A DNA stretch of 64,000 nt from Podarcis bocagei (taxonomy: Eukaryota), in the NCBI GenBank assembly GCA_964188305.1, contig OZ076888.1. One strand, written 5' to 3'. The notes under the pieces are model-generated. The model saw only the letters and a program-made list of their open reading frames with translations, had not been told where the DNA came from and ran no database searches. The number at the start of each line of letters is the position of its first letter. The stretch's first letter is position 1. The position numbers and the translations under genes are program-made. Positions 1-11,962 of the stretch are shown piece by piece.

Positions 1-804
1 TTTTACTTGTAGGATTTTATGTGATAAGGGGAAATCTAGATTAAGTGTAAAAAAAATAAAGTATGAGTTGGTATTTTAATGATTACAACATTATGTGGAC
101 ACCACACAAAAAAGACTTGTATGCATGACAGCACCCATTTCACAATAAACTCCTGTCTGGAAGCTGTATTGCCAAACAGGCTTCACTACAACAAGCGATC
201 TGCTTATCTCCAATGGGAGGTGCTGTGTTCACCTCTCCTGCACTAGAAATGGATAGAGAGAAACACATGGATGGATTGAGATATGTAGAAAGTCATTTAC
301 ACCCAAACAAAGAGAGTGAGAGAGATCTTGATATCCATGATGACTCAGAACCATAATTAAATGGCTGTTCCCAAGATATTTAGATAAGGGGGTAATTAGT
401 TAATTAGCAACAACACCAATCAGAGGCAGAAAGCACAGCAACTCTGGGAATCACCCGCCCCCTTTTTCCCATAGTGAGCACTTCCCAGAGTGGAAGCCTT
501 TTTCAGGCCCTTGGTGGTGGTGGTCCACCTAGGACTTGGTTGTGCCAAGTGACCACCAAGCGCTGGGCTTTGGAGCTGCATTGCCTGGGATCCCAACAGG
601 AGCGTGTCCTTCAAAAAACCTTATTCCAAGTAGATCTTCATGATTAGAAGAATACAATTTAGTGGGATGGTGGTGCGGAAGAGAAGGCAACAGTTCTATG
701 AATCTGTCTCCAGAGTCATATTTCCCTTGTCGTTCATGCTAACCTTGCATCACGTGAGCAAGATGAAACCAGTCCCTGGTAAATCATATTTCTTTTAAAA
801 AGAA

Positions 805-982
805 ACCTTTTAAGATATTTGACAGTGCCTCTTGTCCCCATCACTTCCATAAGCTAAATGTGGTTGGTCCTATTTCCCCTTTATATGTTGTGCATTCTGT
901 AAACCCTTTATTTGTCCTTGTTTCTTTAGTACGAATCCTTTCCAGTTTGTTTGTATCTTTATAATGTGGTGGCCAGAAGTGG
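805..982 (-). mobile_element. Old CR1 LINE fragment
   Basis: Resembles antisense CR1 RT 3' region (agatatttga...tccagtttg...gtggtggccagaa); recognised by eye. Confidence 0.5.
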
Positions 983-1236
983 GTAAAAAAAAAAAACCCC
1001 CACAAAAAAAAACAATTGAGTCAGCAGCTGTGGCCGCTTGGCAGTGGGAGCCAAATTGTCACAGCGTAGTGCAAGCTGCTGGGGCTGCAGAGTCAGGGGC
1101 GTAATGAGATCTTAATAGTGCAATTACAGCCCATTGATTTACTCAGCACATAATTGGCAGTGGCAGCAGCTGCCCAGTAATGGATGGCTGTGATTATTGG
1201 CAGTGAGGAGTCAGGAAAGACAGTGCTGAATTTTTG

Positions 1237-1424
1237 AGGGGCCATGGCTCAAGCGCATGCTTTGCATACAGAAGGTCCTGAACACAGAATCGGCTAAAGG
1301 ATTTCAGGAAGCAGGCTGGGAACGACCTCTTTCTGAGATCCTGAAGAGTGCTGCTAGCCAAGAGTATGAAATGCTGAGCTAGGCAGACCAATGGTCTGAC
1401 TCAGGATAAGACTGTTTCACATGT
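1237..1424 (+). mobile_element. Squamate tRNA-derived SINE (Squam2-like)
   Basis: tRNA-like head ggggccatggctc...gctttgcatacagaaggtcc; tail ctgagctag...ccaatggtctgactcag. Confidence 0.7.
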
Positions 1425-1427
1425 GCC

Positions 1428-1655
1428 CGTGTGGCACAGTAGTTCGAGTGTTGGACTAGGACCTGGGAGGCCAGGGTTCAATCCCCCAGTCCCCATGAAA
1501 CTCTTTGGGTAACCTTGGACTATTCACAGTATCTTAGGCAGCCCACCTCGCAGGACTGTTGTGAGGGTAAATTGGGGAGGAAGAAACCATGTACACCACC
1601 TTGAGCTCCTTGGAGGAAGGTGGGGGTGTAAACGCAAGATATAAATATATAATAA
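1428..1655 (+). mobile_element. MIR/Ther1-derived CORE-SINE (Squam3-like)
   Basis: A box tggcacagtagtt, B box ggttcaatcc, CORE-like gggtaaccttgg...gttgtgaggg, A/T-rich tail. Confidence 0.75.
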
Positions 1656-4600
1656 GCTACGGTAACCTATGGGGAGCAAAGTGGTAGCAGTGGTGGAAGT
1701 CTTATGCTGGTAACAGCTTATGTTAAGAAATACTGCAAGGGGAGCAGTAGATGGAAAGGAAAATTAGGGGGTTTTTTCAGGTGCATCAAATGGGCTCACT
1801 ACTTACTCTCTCTCAATCACTCACCAGTGACACTTTTTGTTCTAGATTTGGATGCATGAGGAAGGATACATGGCAGATGGAATTTGGATGGGGCAGATCC
1901 ACTGCAGGATAGTTCATGTACCACTGTAGGTGTCACCTCTGTTACCCTGGCCCCAAGTGCAAGGATGGCTCCCTACAAACACGACAATAAAGAGCAGTAC
2001 GTTAGCAGTGCCTCTTTTGTTTAGGAGGTGGCACGTTGGTCTTCTGTCACAGCTGCACTGAAATTCTGGATTTCTCCATTGATTTCTGTAAGTAGCTCTC
2101 ACTTGTGCCCTGGGGAGAAAACAAGAAATGATTGAAACCAGGAACTGCTCTGTGTGCTAATTTTATAAATCTTGTGATCCAGACAGTTTGCAACGTGTCA
2201 CCTGTCTCAATGGCCCTGGTAGGACATGTCCACTCACATTGCCTCTCTTGGCAAGATGAAAAAACAGAGGGACAAGGTGCATTGGGCTTTGTTGAGAATG
2301 TAGTGAGAAAACTTCTTGGCACTGTGGCAGGTCATGAGAAGCCAATGGTTTAAATGTTATCCTTAATGAAAAATGAGATCCTGGTGAGCAAGAGGGCAGA
2401 CTTTAGGTACACTTCATGCAAACATCCCTGAAAGACCTGGTGGCAGCCACATCCACAGCCTATGCTTCACGTTTCACACCGCACATAGTTGAGCAGGCCT
2501 GTGAATTTCTGAAAATCCATGTTGAGAAGTAACACAGAAATTTTGAAAGCAAGTTATCCCCTCTGAGGTTTTCATCCCTAATGAAGGTGCTAATTGCCCT
2601 TTTGATTTCCATTAGAACATGGCACTCTTCTTAGGCCTCACATTTACCATTCTGACAGCTCCTGCTCCTTCATAATATGGTCAATAACCATAGTCCCTAA
2701 CAGCAGTACTGTGTTTGGAGAAGTGAAACTCATTGTTTATTCACCTGGAATTTAGTTAGTGGCTGTACGTGCAGTCAGGGTCAGGGAGGTGGATAAAGTT
2801 CCTGCAAAGAATTTCAGACATTCCTTATATTGGATTAAACCTGTCATGCAGCACTGCCTAGCTGTGACATTTCTTCTGGGTCACAGAACCTAAAGTGCTG
2901 CTTCTTTTCCCTGCAGCTGGTATTGGACTTCCCCCCCACCCATTGTAGTGGGTGTTCTTAAGACCTTGGTACAATAAGCAGCATGCAAACACATCTTGGT
3001 CTTGCCTCAGAAGCACAAGGTGCAGAGGCTTCCTATTTTCTTTGCATCTCTGTCACATCTGAAGCTGCTCTGTACAGCTTCTGGTATTGTGCGATCCAGT
3101 CGCCCTATTTGCTGTTCCTTCACGGAACACATGGCGGGGTGGGGGTGGTGTTGTATATAGTTAGTGATCTCTTGAGTCCTGTTATTTTGGAAGCAAATCA
3201 AGTGTGTTTCTGCACCATTTCAAATTACAGAGAAAACTTAATACGTAGGGTTTTATCAAATCTGGGAACCAGGAAATGGGAGAATATGTGAAACCCATCA
3301 AATTCCTTGCAGTATCCTGTCTGCCAGGAAGCCCTGAATTGATTAGAATCATGATCAAAGGGCTTGTTGTGAATGTCTTCCTCTACAAATTCCAGAGCCA
3401 GTATTGTCTATGCTCAGTCTGGACGTTTGAAGTTTGCCTCTAAGCCTGACACTGTAAAACGCAGCTGTCCTTGGGTCGGAAAACAGCAACAACAAACCAA
3501 ATTAATATACAAAACACTGTCTCAAAACACAAAGACAGAATTGCAAGATGTGAAGGGTTTCTCTCACCCACCCTCCTGGCACAGGCCAGGGAATTTCCTC
3601 TTGTTAACACTAAGCCCATTCTATTATTATTATTATTATTTTAAAAAACCTTGTCTTTGGCTACACGTGTCACCTCTAGGAAAGCTCCTGGTTTTGCTTT
3701 GCAACCTAGGAGTGATGGTAAATGCATCCCTTCCCTGGGCAGCTTATTCCAGTGCTTAATCCAATTCATAACCATTGTTGTTCCCAAGTGGGATGTGTCA
3801 TGCTTCACCTCCCAGCTGTCAGTTCTTGTTGTGCTTCCTTCGCTCTTTAGTGCTCAATTTCTTCTCCCTGGGAAGGTATCTGCCAATGCACTAATTCCAT
3901 TGCACCCTTCTCTTTAAGACATTAAACAGATTTGAACCCTTATTGTCTGTGACTCTCAGGCTCTCTCATCTAATTTCTAGATGGAGCAGTGATGGCGGGG
4001 GGAGGGGGAGGGGGGATACATGGGTGAAGGTCTGAGGATCCTTCCCTGATATTCCATCCCACAGAGATTGAATTGGCCAGAGTATCTCATTTGCATGCAG
4101 GGGGCTAAATACATTTCAGCTTTCCAGTCACAGCGGGAGAGGAAGGAGGCAACTGCTGCTCAGTAAATTGCATTTGAATTTACAAGTACCTGCCTGCTGG
4201 CCTGCAGTTTTGAATGTGTTTTGGGGGGAGACAGAGGGAGATTACTTTTTTTTTAAGGCCCATTCAGAACACTGTGATGCTTAAAATCCTGGGGGGGGGG
4301 TGTTTCTTTCTACCTTTAAAGTGTTGCCATGTCACCTCCGGAGTCTGTGTTGTCAGTCCGATATAATGGGTGGCATTCTTAACATGCCCTCTAAGAGCCT
4401 GCCATCCCATGGCTGGCCAGAACAAAACAACTGGTGTTGATTCTATGCTATCCAGTGTGCTTTGTGCAATGTTCTTAACCCACAGGTGTAGATTCCTGCT
4501 TTGAATCTAAATAAGTGTGTCAAAGGGGAGCGGCGTTGCAAGTGTGCTTCCCTTTGGCGCAAGTGCAGGGTATTCCCCTGGGAAATGCGATCCATTTTCA

Positions 4601-5924
4601 CCACCCGCTGGCTGTCGGCTGATCCTACCTGTCTCCTGGCTGTTGTCTGCATGCCTCCAGCAGGCACAGCAAGGCCAGCAGCTGTGGAAGCGTCACTCCC
4701 ATGGGCTGGATCCAAGGCCACTTTGGTGCTAATTACTGCCCACAAGCAACAGGGACGGATGGGGGCGAGGTGTTTGAAGGATGCACGCTGTGTTGGTGGT
4801 GCTGGTGACCAGCTTGGTGGGAGTGGCTGTGGTGCCATTTAAAATCTAGTGGGGCTTCTTGGCCCCACAGGAGTTTCTTCTGCTCCCAACCCTGGCAAGA
4901 TGCAGCTGGAGTCTAGTGCACCACAGGACATCACAGACTGCCAGGTCAGGGGTGGCTGGGATAGAGACAGATCTGGAAGGCGCTGGAGGTGTGGCAGCAG
5001 ATGTCAGAGCAGCTTTCAAGCTGGGCCCAGTACACCATAGGTCTGGGAGCCACCATGTTTAGTCCCAGAAAACCTCTGTTTGCCGGGAAAGGCTTAGGCT
5101 TAGCACCAGGAGTTGATCGCAACTGGCTCAGGACTTATGTGACATGGATAAATTAAAGCAAAAACACTCCTCAGGAAGCCTGCCTAGTGAATGTCACACC
5201 AACAACCTTTCATCTGTAGAACCTGCACTTGGCTGAAGGCTTAATGCCATTTAACTTATAGCATGGTGGCGTGTGAGAGCCCAGCACTTAGCTATGTAGT
5301 CTCCAGAGGAAAATGAGGCCGACAGTAGACTCTAATAAGGAATCAGAATTCTGTCTTCTAGGAGAAGCAGTTCTGAACGGAGCAAAGGAGATAACTAGAA
5401 GGCGATAAAGAGAGGTGGAAATGGAGGTGGGAGTGAGAGAGAAAGACGCAGTCACGTGCACACAGGCAATCACTTTGGCAGTCTGGAAATTTTTAGAGGC
5501 TGAACATCAGGAATGCGGTTGTTGGTATCTCCTCGCTTGTTAGCAAGAAAACTGTGTCCAGGCACTGTAGTGGCTGTTTAGAAAGGCTGGTGTAAGGGGG
5601 CAAAAGTTTTGTGTTTTAAAACTTCCATGCCATCCCTGTATATCTGTAAGGTTGCTTATCTCTTCTGAATTCAATGTTTCCACAGAGAATGGGCTGGGCA
5701 TGATTTTATTTATATGCATCCTAGCTGCTATTTCTGGACAAGGTGGCATACAAATCAAAGTTTGCAAAATATCAACAAAACAAAAAATTTGCAACCTTCA
5801 ATCCTTGTTAAAAATCAATCAACATACTCAGACTGTCAGTTAAAACATTTTTCACAGCACTAGCAACCCACAATCCAAGCCAGAAGGCATTGATCAATAA
5901 CAGGCTAAGCAGGTGATATGTATT

Positions 5925-6580
5925 TAAAGACTTCCAGATAGCTTAATGAATGGCAGCCCCCTCTGGAAGGGCATTGCAAAGCTGTGGGGCCACTACGGAA
6001 AAGGTCCTCCCTCTCACGGCCACCAACCTCACTGATGTAGGAGGTAGGTGCATGATGAGAGCCGCCACTGCACATCTTGGTGTGTGGGCAGCCTCATGAT
6101 GGGTGCAGGTGGTCCCTCAAACCATTTAAGACTTAAAAGATGAAAGCTAGCCATTTAAATTCAACTCAGAAATGTCACAGAAGCCAGTGTGGCTGGTATG
6201 GTAAATATATTACTGAAGCTGACATTCTTATCCCTATCAAAACTTAAGTTTCAAAGGGCAGTCCCACAAAGAGCATAATACACTTGTCCAGCCTGGATGT
6301 GAGCGGGCACAAAACGTTTTGGCTGAGTTAGACCTATCCAGATAAGGCTGCAGTTGGCATATCAGCCAAAGAATGCACCCCTATCTACCAGTACCACCTA
6401 AGCATACATAGGTCACACCAAGTCCAGGAGTGCTTCTGAACTGTGTATTTAGTCTTTCAGGGGAGCACCACCCCATTGAGAACCAGCTCCAAACCTCCTT
6501 CAAGAGCAGTCAGTCTTCCATCCCACAGGACCTCCGTATTTCTCTGATTCAGCCTCAGTTTGCTTGACCTCCTCCTTCCC
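5925..6580 (-). mobile_element. Degenerate L2-like LINE fragment
   Basis: Antisense L2 RT-like motifs (ttcaaagggcagtcccacaaagagc...tccagcctgga); recognised by eye. Confidence 0.55.
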
Positions 6581-9500
6581 AGTGTGACAAGCTAAGGAAC
6601 CTCTCTTGGATTGGAAGATGGAAAAGAGTGATAGAGTTGAGTGTCACCAACATACAGCATGCAGCAGACACAATCCAGGCATGACAAACTGGCAGATCCT
6701 TCCTCTGTGGGTGCAATATATATGTGCCTCATACCTCCTTATGGTATGGATGGAAGCGGGGAGTCTGGGGAGCAAATTCTGCACTGCAGGTTCATTATCT
6801 CCCCACTGGTGACTGGGCAATGAAGACAGGCTTTTCCATGGCATGGCTAAAGGCTGGGCAAGATGGTCTGGAGCAGTAGGAAGCAATTACCATCCCGCTG
6901 AGCTGAACCCTAATCCCCTCAAACAGCACGAGGGGCTGGCAAGCCAAACACGCCTCAATCAGGTTAAAGTGTGAAGTTGGGATTAGCCAAGAGAATGAGA
7001 GCCTCATAATACCATTGCACCCCCTGCTTGCACCAGGCTCAGCCTGGCCCATAGGGCAGGAGATTAAGTGCTTGTCTTGTCTGCCTGAGTGGGCTCCCCA
7101 CTGGGAAAGCTGTGTCCTATGGATGTCAGACAGTTTGGCTTTAGTTACTTGCTGAGTGCTGGCCAGGATCTCGCACTGGGAGGCCTCGCTTGCTCCCATA
7201 ATCGAGGCACCAATCCCAGCGAGGGATCCCTCCAAGTGGCTCATGTCCAAGGCACACAGGGGAGGAGGGATGGCTGAGGCAAAGACAAAAGAGAGGGTGC
7301 AATGTTAAGGGTGCAGACTAGCCGGGAAAACTCTCTCGGTGTCATGATTTGTTTAGTGATGGGATGCGACCACAGCTGAAACTGGAAATTGGGTCAGATT
7401 GCCCTGGAGAGGCTGGTGGTCATGCCTGTTTTAAAGGAGTCATTGGGTGAAAGAGATGAGCTAACCTTTTCTAAACTAAATGCAGAGGTAATTAAAGGAA
7501 ATCAGCATGTTTTCTGGACAAAGTGGTTTAAGTCTTTGCACATCACGTTGTATTAGGAAATATAAACAAAAGGGTGACTTGGGGGTCTGTTGGAATTATT
7601 TGCAGTAGAATGGAAGAGATGTCTTGAAACACCCTTGTCCAAACTGAGCATTCCCATCACATGTGGAACCCCCCACCCCCCACCCCTGTTTATTGCCTAT
7701 TTAACATTGAGCAGTAAAAAGTAACATAAGCACTTTAGTTTTATGAAGCTCATATTCTATTTGTGTTGCTATTAAAGGGCATTTAGTTCAAAGTCAGATG
7801 AAGAGCCTGGGAGATATTTGCCCTGCTCTGTAGTCCTACCAGAATTTGCATTGCTTGAAACATACTTTGTTGTATGCATACTGGTTATGGGGTCCCCTAG
7901 TTTTCACTCACTAAGAGATGATCCTTCATAAGGCTGCTTTTCTTGGGGGTTTTGATTTATCTGACTCAGCATAAATGGATGGCAGGATGGTGCAAGTATT
8001 GGTCAAAACGTTCCTCTAAAGCTAGACAAAGCTGTTGCTACAAGCTGTCATTCATCAAGACTGGAGCAATTTGTGTCTGGGAAACTGGCAGCTTAATGTT
8101 CCTTGGAGTTACTGTGACACTGAATGAAAACAGGTCCATACATGTACAAGAGGGAGAGAACAGGGTGATTTTCTCCATTATTTCCACTCACCTCTAGGGC
8201 AGCTGCCTCCCTGAAGAGAGGAGTGTGAATATGAACTCTTCAAAGGCAGGGAGAGTGGAAGGTTACATTACTCCAAACTATGCTCTGGCTCAACATCTGT
8301 GCAGCAGGTTGCTAGTCCTATTGATTGGGGACAGACCAGACCATGGAGACGAAAAGAACCAAAAGTGAATAAAAATAGTGATAGAATCAGTCACTGTGAA
8401 AAGCTGGTGGACTCCAACCAAGTCATTTGTGGTAACAATGTTATAGAAAGATTTGAAGTTCCTAATAATCTCTAATATTCCCAGATTTTTAATTCTGAGG
8501 ATGAAGCGATTGGAACTCCTACTTTCAGAAGAACTATGGTTTTAAAAACTTTCAATACGACACAGAATGTTGAGTTGTCTAGAACTCTGAAAGTCCTCAT
8601 TAGATGGGAATGTTATTTGTGCTTTGGCATTTTCGCAAGGGCCTGGTTGTTCTAACGGTTTTGTGATCATGCATTCTTTCAGAGGAGAAATGTTGGCTCC
8701 CTGTTCCCAAAGGTTCTTTCCTTGGATTTTCAAGTGCCTCTGGCCAAATGCGCCCAATGGATGTTTTATAGGATTGTGTGAATGGGGTCCAGTTCATATA
8801 CAATGCTAATTCATGATTTATTAGACAATGGTTTATTAAGCCATGGCTTAGTGTTATGTGTGAACCTAGTCCAGCTGCTTCATTGATGGTTTAAGGTCAC
8901 TTGTTAACCAAGATTTGTAGTTAAATCTTAGTTAAATTTACCTTAGTTAAAATTATCCACAGCTTAGTCCTGTATGTGAACTTAGACCTCTGTCTTAAAT
9001 ATGGTTAAGGATCTATTGTGTCCCAAAAGCTACAGATCTGCTGTTGAAAAGTGGCAAAAAAATTGAAACTGCTGTTAAAATTTAACTGCTGTTAAATTGC
9101 TCTTGCTGATGCTTTTTAATATTCTGTGGCATAATAAGCTAAGGCTTAAGTGAAAGCCTGACAGGCACCACAGCTTTAACTATGGTTTGTTTTTTAACTA
9201 TGGTTAATGTTAAACATCACATGTGAACGAGACCTATGAGACCCTAGAAACAATTCCCCTTAGGGAATATATGGGAATAAGGTTAGCAAACACTTCTCAC
9301 TAGCTAGTTGTCAAAAATTGCCATTAAGGTCTTGGTGATCCTGGAAGAAATTGAGAAAAGTAATAGTGGAGGCTGGATTTTCTTTTCTTTTTTAAATTGC
9401 CTAGGTAAATAGATCTATATATCAAAGGCACGTGGTGTGGTGGGGCAGTGATGCTCACCTCCCAACAGCTGAATTGTTGTTGCTGCTTACCAGGTGGTGT

Positions 9501-9989
9501 GGTCCAAACCCTAGATTGGCTCCAAAGCAGTAGCACCAGGTCGGTTCTGCTGATGTGATTGCACCATGTCAGCCTCCTCACTGCCTCACCCCTCCCAGTT
9601 GGCAGCAGCAATTGAACTGTCGGAAGGCCCCACCATGGTCTCTGCTGCTGCTGCTACTGCTACATAGAGATTGGTGAGGGATCCCATCACATGAAAACCC
9701 TAGTGCTATTTTTAGCACCTCCTAATAGTAAATTGCCTCTTTATAGCATATACCATTCACATGTGGAATAAACTGAATGAATAGATAAATAAATGTGTCA
9801 ATCTTTGGAAGTGTTTTGGTCGCCCCCAACATTCACATATTACCAGGAAGTTGTCAAGCCTCTGATAACCCCACAGTGCCTGGGTTAGAGAGATGTTTCA
9901 GAGATGAATTGGAGAGGAATACGAAGATGAACATATTCTCAGCTCTAAGCCTTTTCATCTCATGCTCCTTAGAAAAGGAGTACAGTCAT

Positions 9990-10397
9990 TGAAAAAAAAA
10001 ATTTAAATGGATGTACCGTGCTATATTACAAGCAAAAACACACACCTTGTTTTGATGAATTGGAAGAGCCAGAAAAAGATTCCATTGAGCACATGGATTG
10101 ATAATATGGACAGATTAGCTACATATGAACGAATTGTATGTTGACGCAAATTAAGAATGGATAAATATGAAGAAATCTGGAATGAATATTTAAGCGATAA
10201 GGTGGATAGTGGGGGGAAGTGGGGGGCGGAGAGAGAGGTGGGAAAATATTGTTAAAAGGGGGCAGTCATAGGTATATCAGTGTATTTAAATCTGAATTGT
10301 CAAATTGTGCTATTATTGTTATCATGGTTTTTGTTGTAGTGTTTTTTGCGGTTGTTGCTTGTATCAAAAAAATGATTAAATAATTTTTTTTAAAAAA
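9990..10397 (+). mobile_element. L1/Tx1-like LINE 3' end (decayed ORF2 C-terminus, G-rich UTR, A tail)
   Basis: Translates to ...NWKSQKKIPLSTWIDNMDRLATYERIV*RKLRMDKYEEIWNEYL, typical of non-mammalian L1 ORF2 ends. Confidence 0.65.
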
Positions 10398-10652
10398 TAC
10401 CTCGCGTTGCGTTTGCTTCAGGTTGCGTTGCGTTTGCTTTCAGGTTGCGCCCCGCGGCGACCCGGAAGTACCGGAAAGGGTAACTTCTGGGTTTCGCCAC
10501 TCGCGCATGTGCAGACACTCAAAACGACGTCACGTGCATGCGCAGAAGCAGCAAATCGCGACCCGCACACGTGCAGACGCGGGTTGCATTCTGCTCGGGT
10601 TGCGAACGGGGCTCCAGAACGGATCTTGTTCACAACCAGAGGTACCACTGTA
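10398..10652. mobile_element. Tc1/mariner (Tigger/pogo-like) MITE, left TIR truncated, CpG-rich
   Basis: Right end gaggtaccactgTA; left end tacctc. Confidence 0.8.
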
Positions 10653-11890
10653 GTGGGATCTTGGGGTGTGGACCAGAGGGAGGGAGGCTGAAGTAAGTTG
10701 CTTCCAAAATGCGTCCTCTGAGAGAAACATGGCCCTGTGGGCAAAAGGTGCACAGCCGCTGCCAGTAGTGACATGAGGGTCCAATCTAAAGGAGTGTTGG
10801 ACACTCACTATAAACAGTGGAGGCTTTTTAATGATGCCACTTAGCTGGAGAGGTTGGTTGTTAGCAGAAGTGTGGAGAAGAAACCAGGATGTCATGCACA
10901 CTTCCTTTCCTCAATGCTATGTGCCAAGTCTGAGGAGCTGCTGTTCTGTCTCAAAGGTAACAGACTGAAGAGGTGACATCAGTCGGCAATGAAAGAGCTT
11001 CTGCTGCCCTCTCCTGGTTAGGATTGAGCTGTACTGTGGCAATCCTACTTTCTTCCTGCTCTTAGATTGCAGTACTTATTTTCAAAAAAGGTTTGCAGGG
11101 GTGGTGGAGCAGGCTGTATGTTTGTGTCCACAATAGCATGTGTGCACATGTGTGTGTGTTAGTCTCATGATACAGAAACTTATCAGAAGGCACCTCACTG
11201 ATAAGCATCAGCCATTATAGGCTTGCACGAAACAATTTGGAAGTCAGGAAATGGCAGCAAGGCAATTATAAACCATCACAGCTTGTGCTCTTTTAAGAGA
11301 AGACCGTGGTGTGACTCACCTTGTTTCTTGCATGCAGATGCCAGAGACTGGAATATGCATCTTCATTGTCCATTAGGTCACCTCCTTTGCTATTTTTAAA
11401 ATGGACTGTTCATGCTTGTTTTGCTATTTTTAAAATGGACTGACTGGGTTGCTTTTGTACCTTGCCATAAATCAGGTGGACAGTGGATGTTTGAAAACGT
11501 GCATTCTTATTTAAATTGCTTAAGGTATTCAAACCACCATCAGTCATCTCATCTTGCTGTCATGACAGAAGTGGCATGAGATGAACCATTCATTATATGA
11601 ACGGGGCACATAATACAATGCTGTTTGCTGTGCCAGTGTCCTGGGGGGTGTTTGGTGAAAAGAGCAGCATTTCAGGCCACACACAGCACCTCTTCAGTGC
11701 CAGAGCTCACTCTGGTGCATATAAAACAATAAGGATGGTCATGCATCTGAGCATGTGCAGAATATTTCTTCATTGCTGCTTAGTATTCCCCTGCTAGTCC
11801 TCATAACCTGATGCCTCACTACCTTGCCAACCCCCCATACTTCATTGTTTCTCCACTGACAGATGGCTCTCTTAAAATTATCATCTGCAG

Positions 11891-11962
11891 GGACTTGAGT
11901 GAGAACCTCCTTCTGGCTGTTCCCAGGAAGGCGTTTCGTGGAGCTACTGATCTCAAGAACCT
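11891..11962 (+). CDS. SLIT1: SLIT1 exon 5 (72 nt LRR; [24 protein letters not shown])
   Basis: ctgcag| ... |gtgagt; LRR consensus. Confidence 0.95.

Noticed and set aside
4443-5062. Overlapping 60-131 aa ORFs in intron 4
   Set aside because: No LRR motif or 72-nt exon with splice sites; GC-rich intron gives chance ORFs
8810-9235. Three segments ending in (a/g)tgtgaac..g.cc with ttaac/atggtt motifs
   Set aside because: Probably decayed Harbinger-like MITE remnants, but boundaries and TSDs cannot be supported
11386-11442. 23-bp direct repeat; similar small tandem duplications at 26634-26671 and about 50957-51012
   Set aside because: Ordinary slippage duplications with no sign of function
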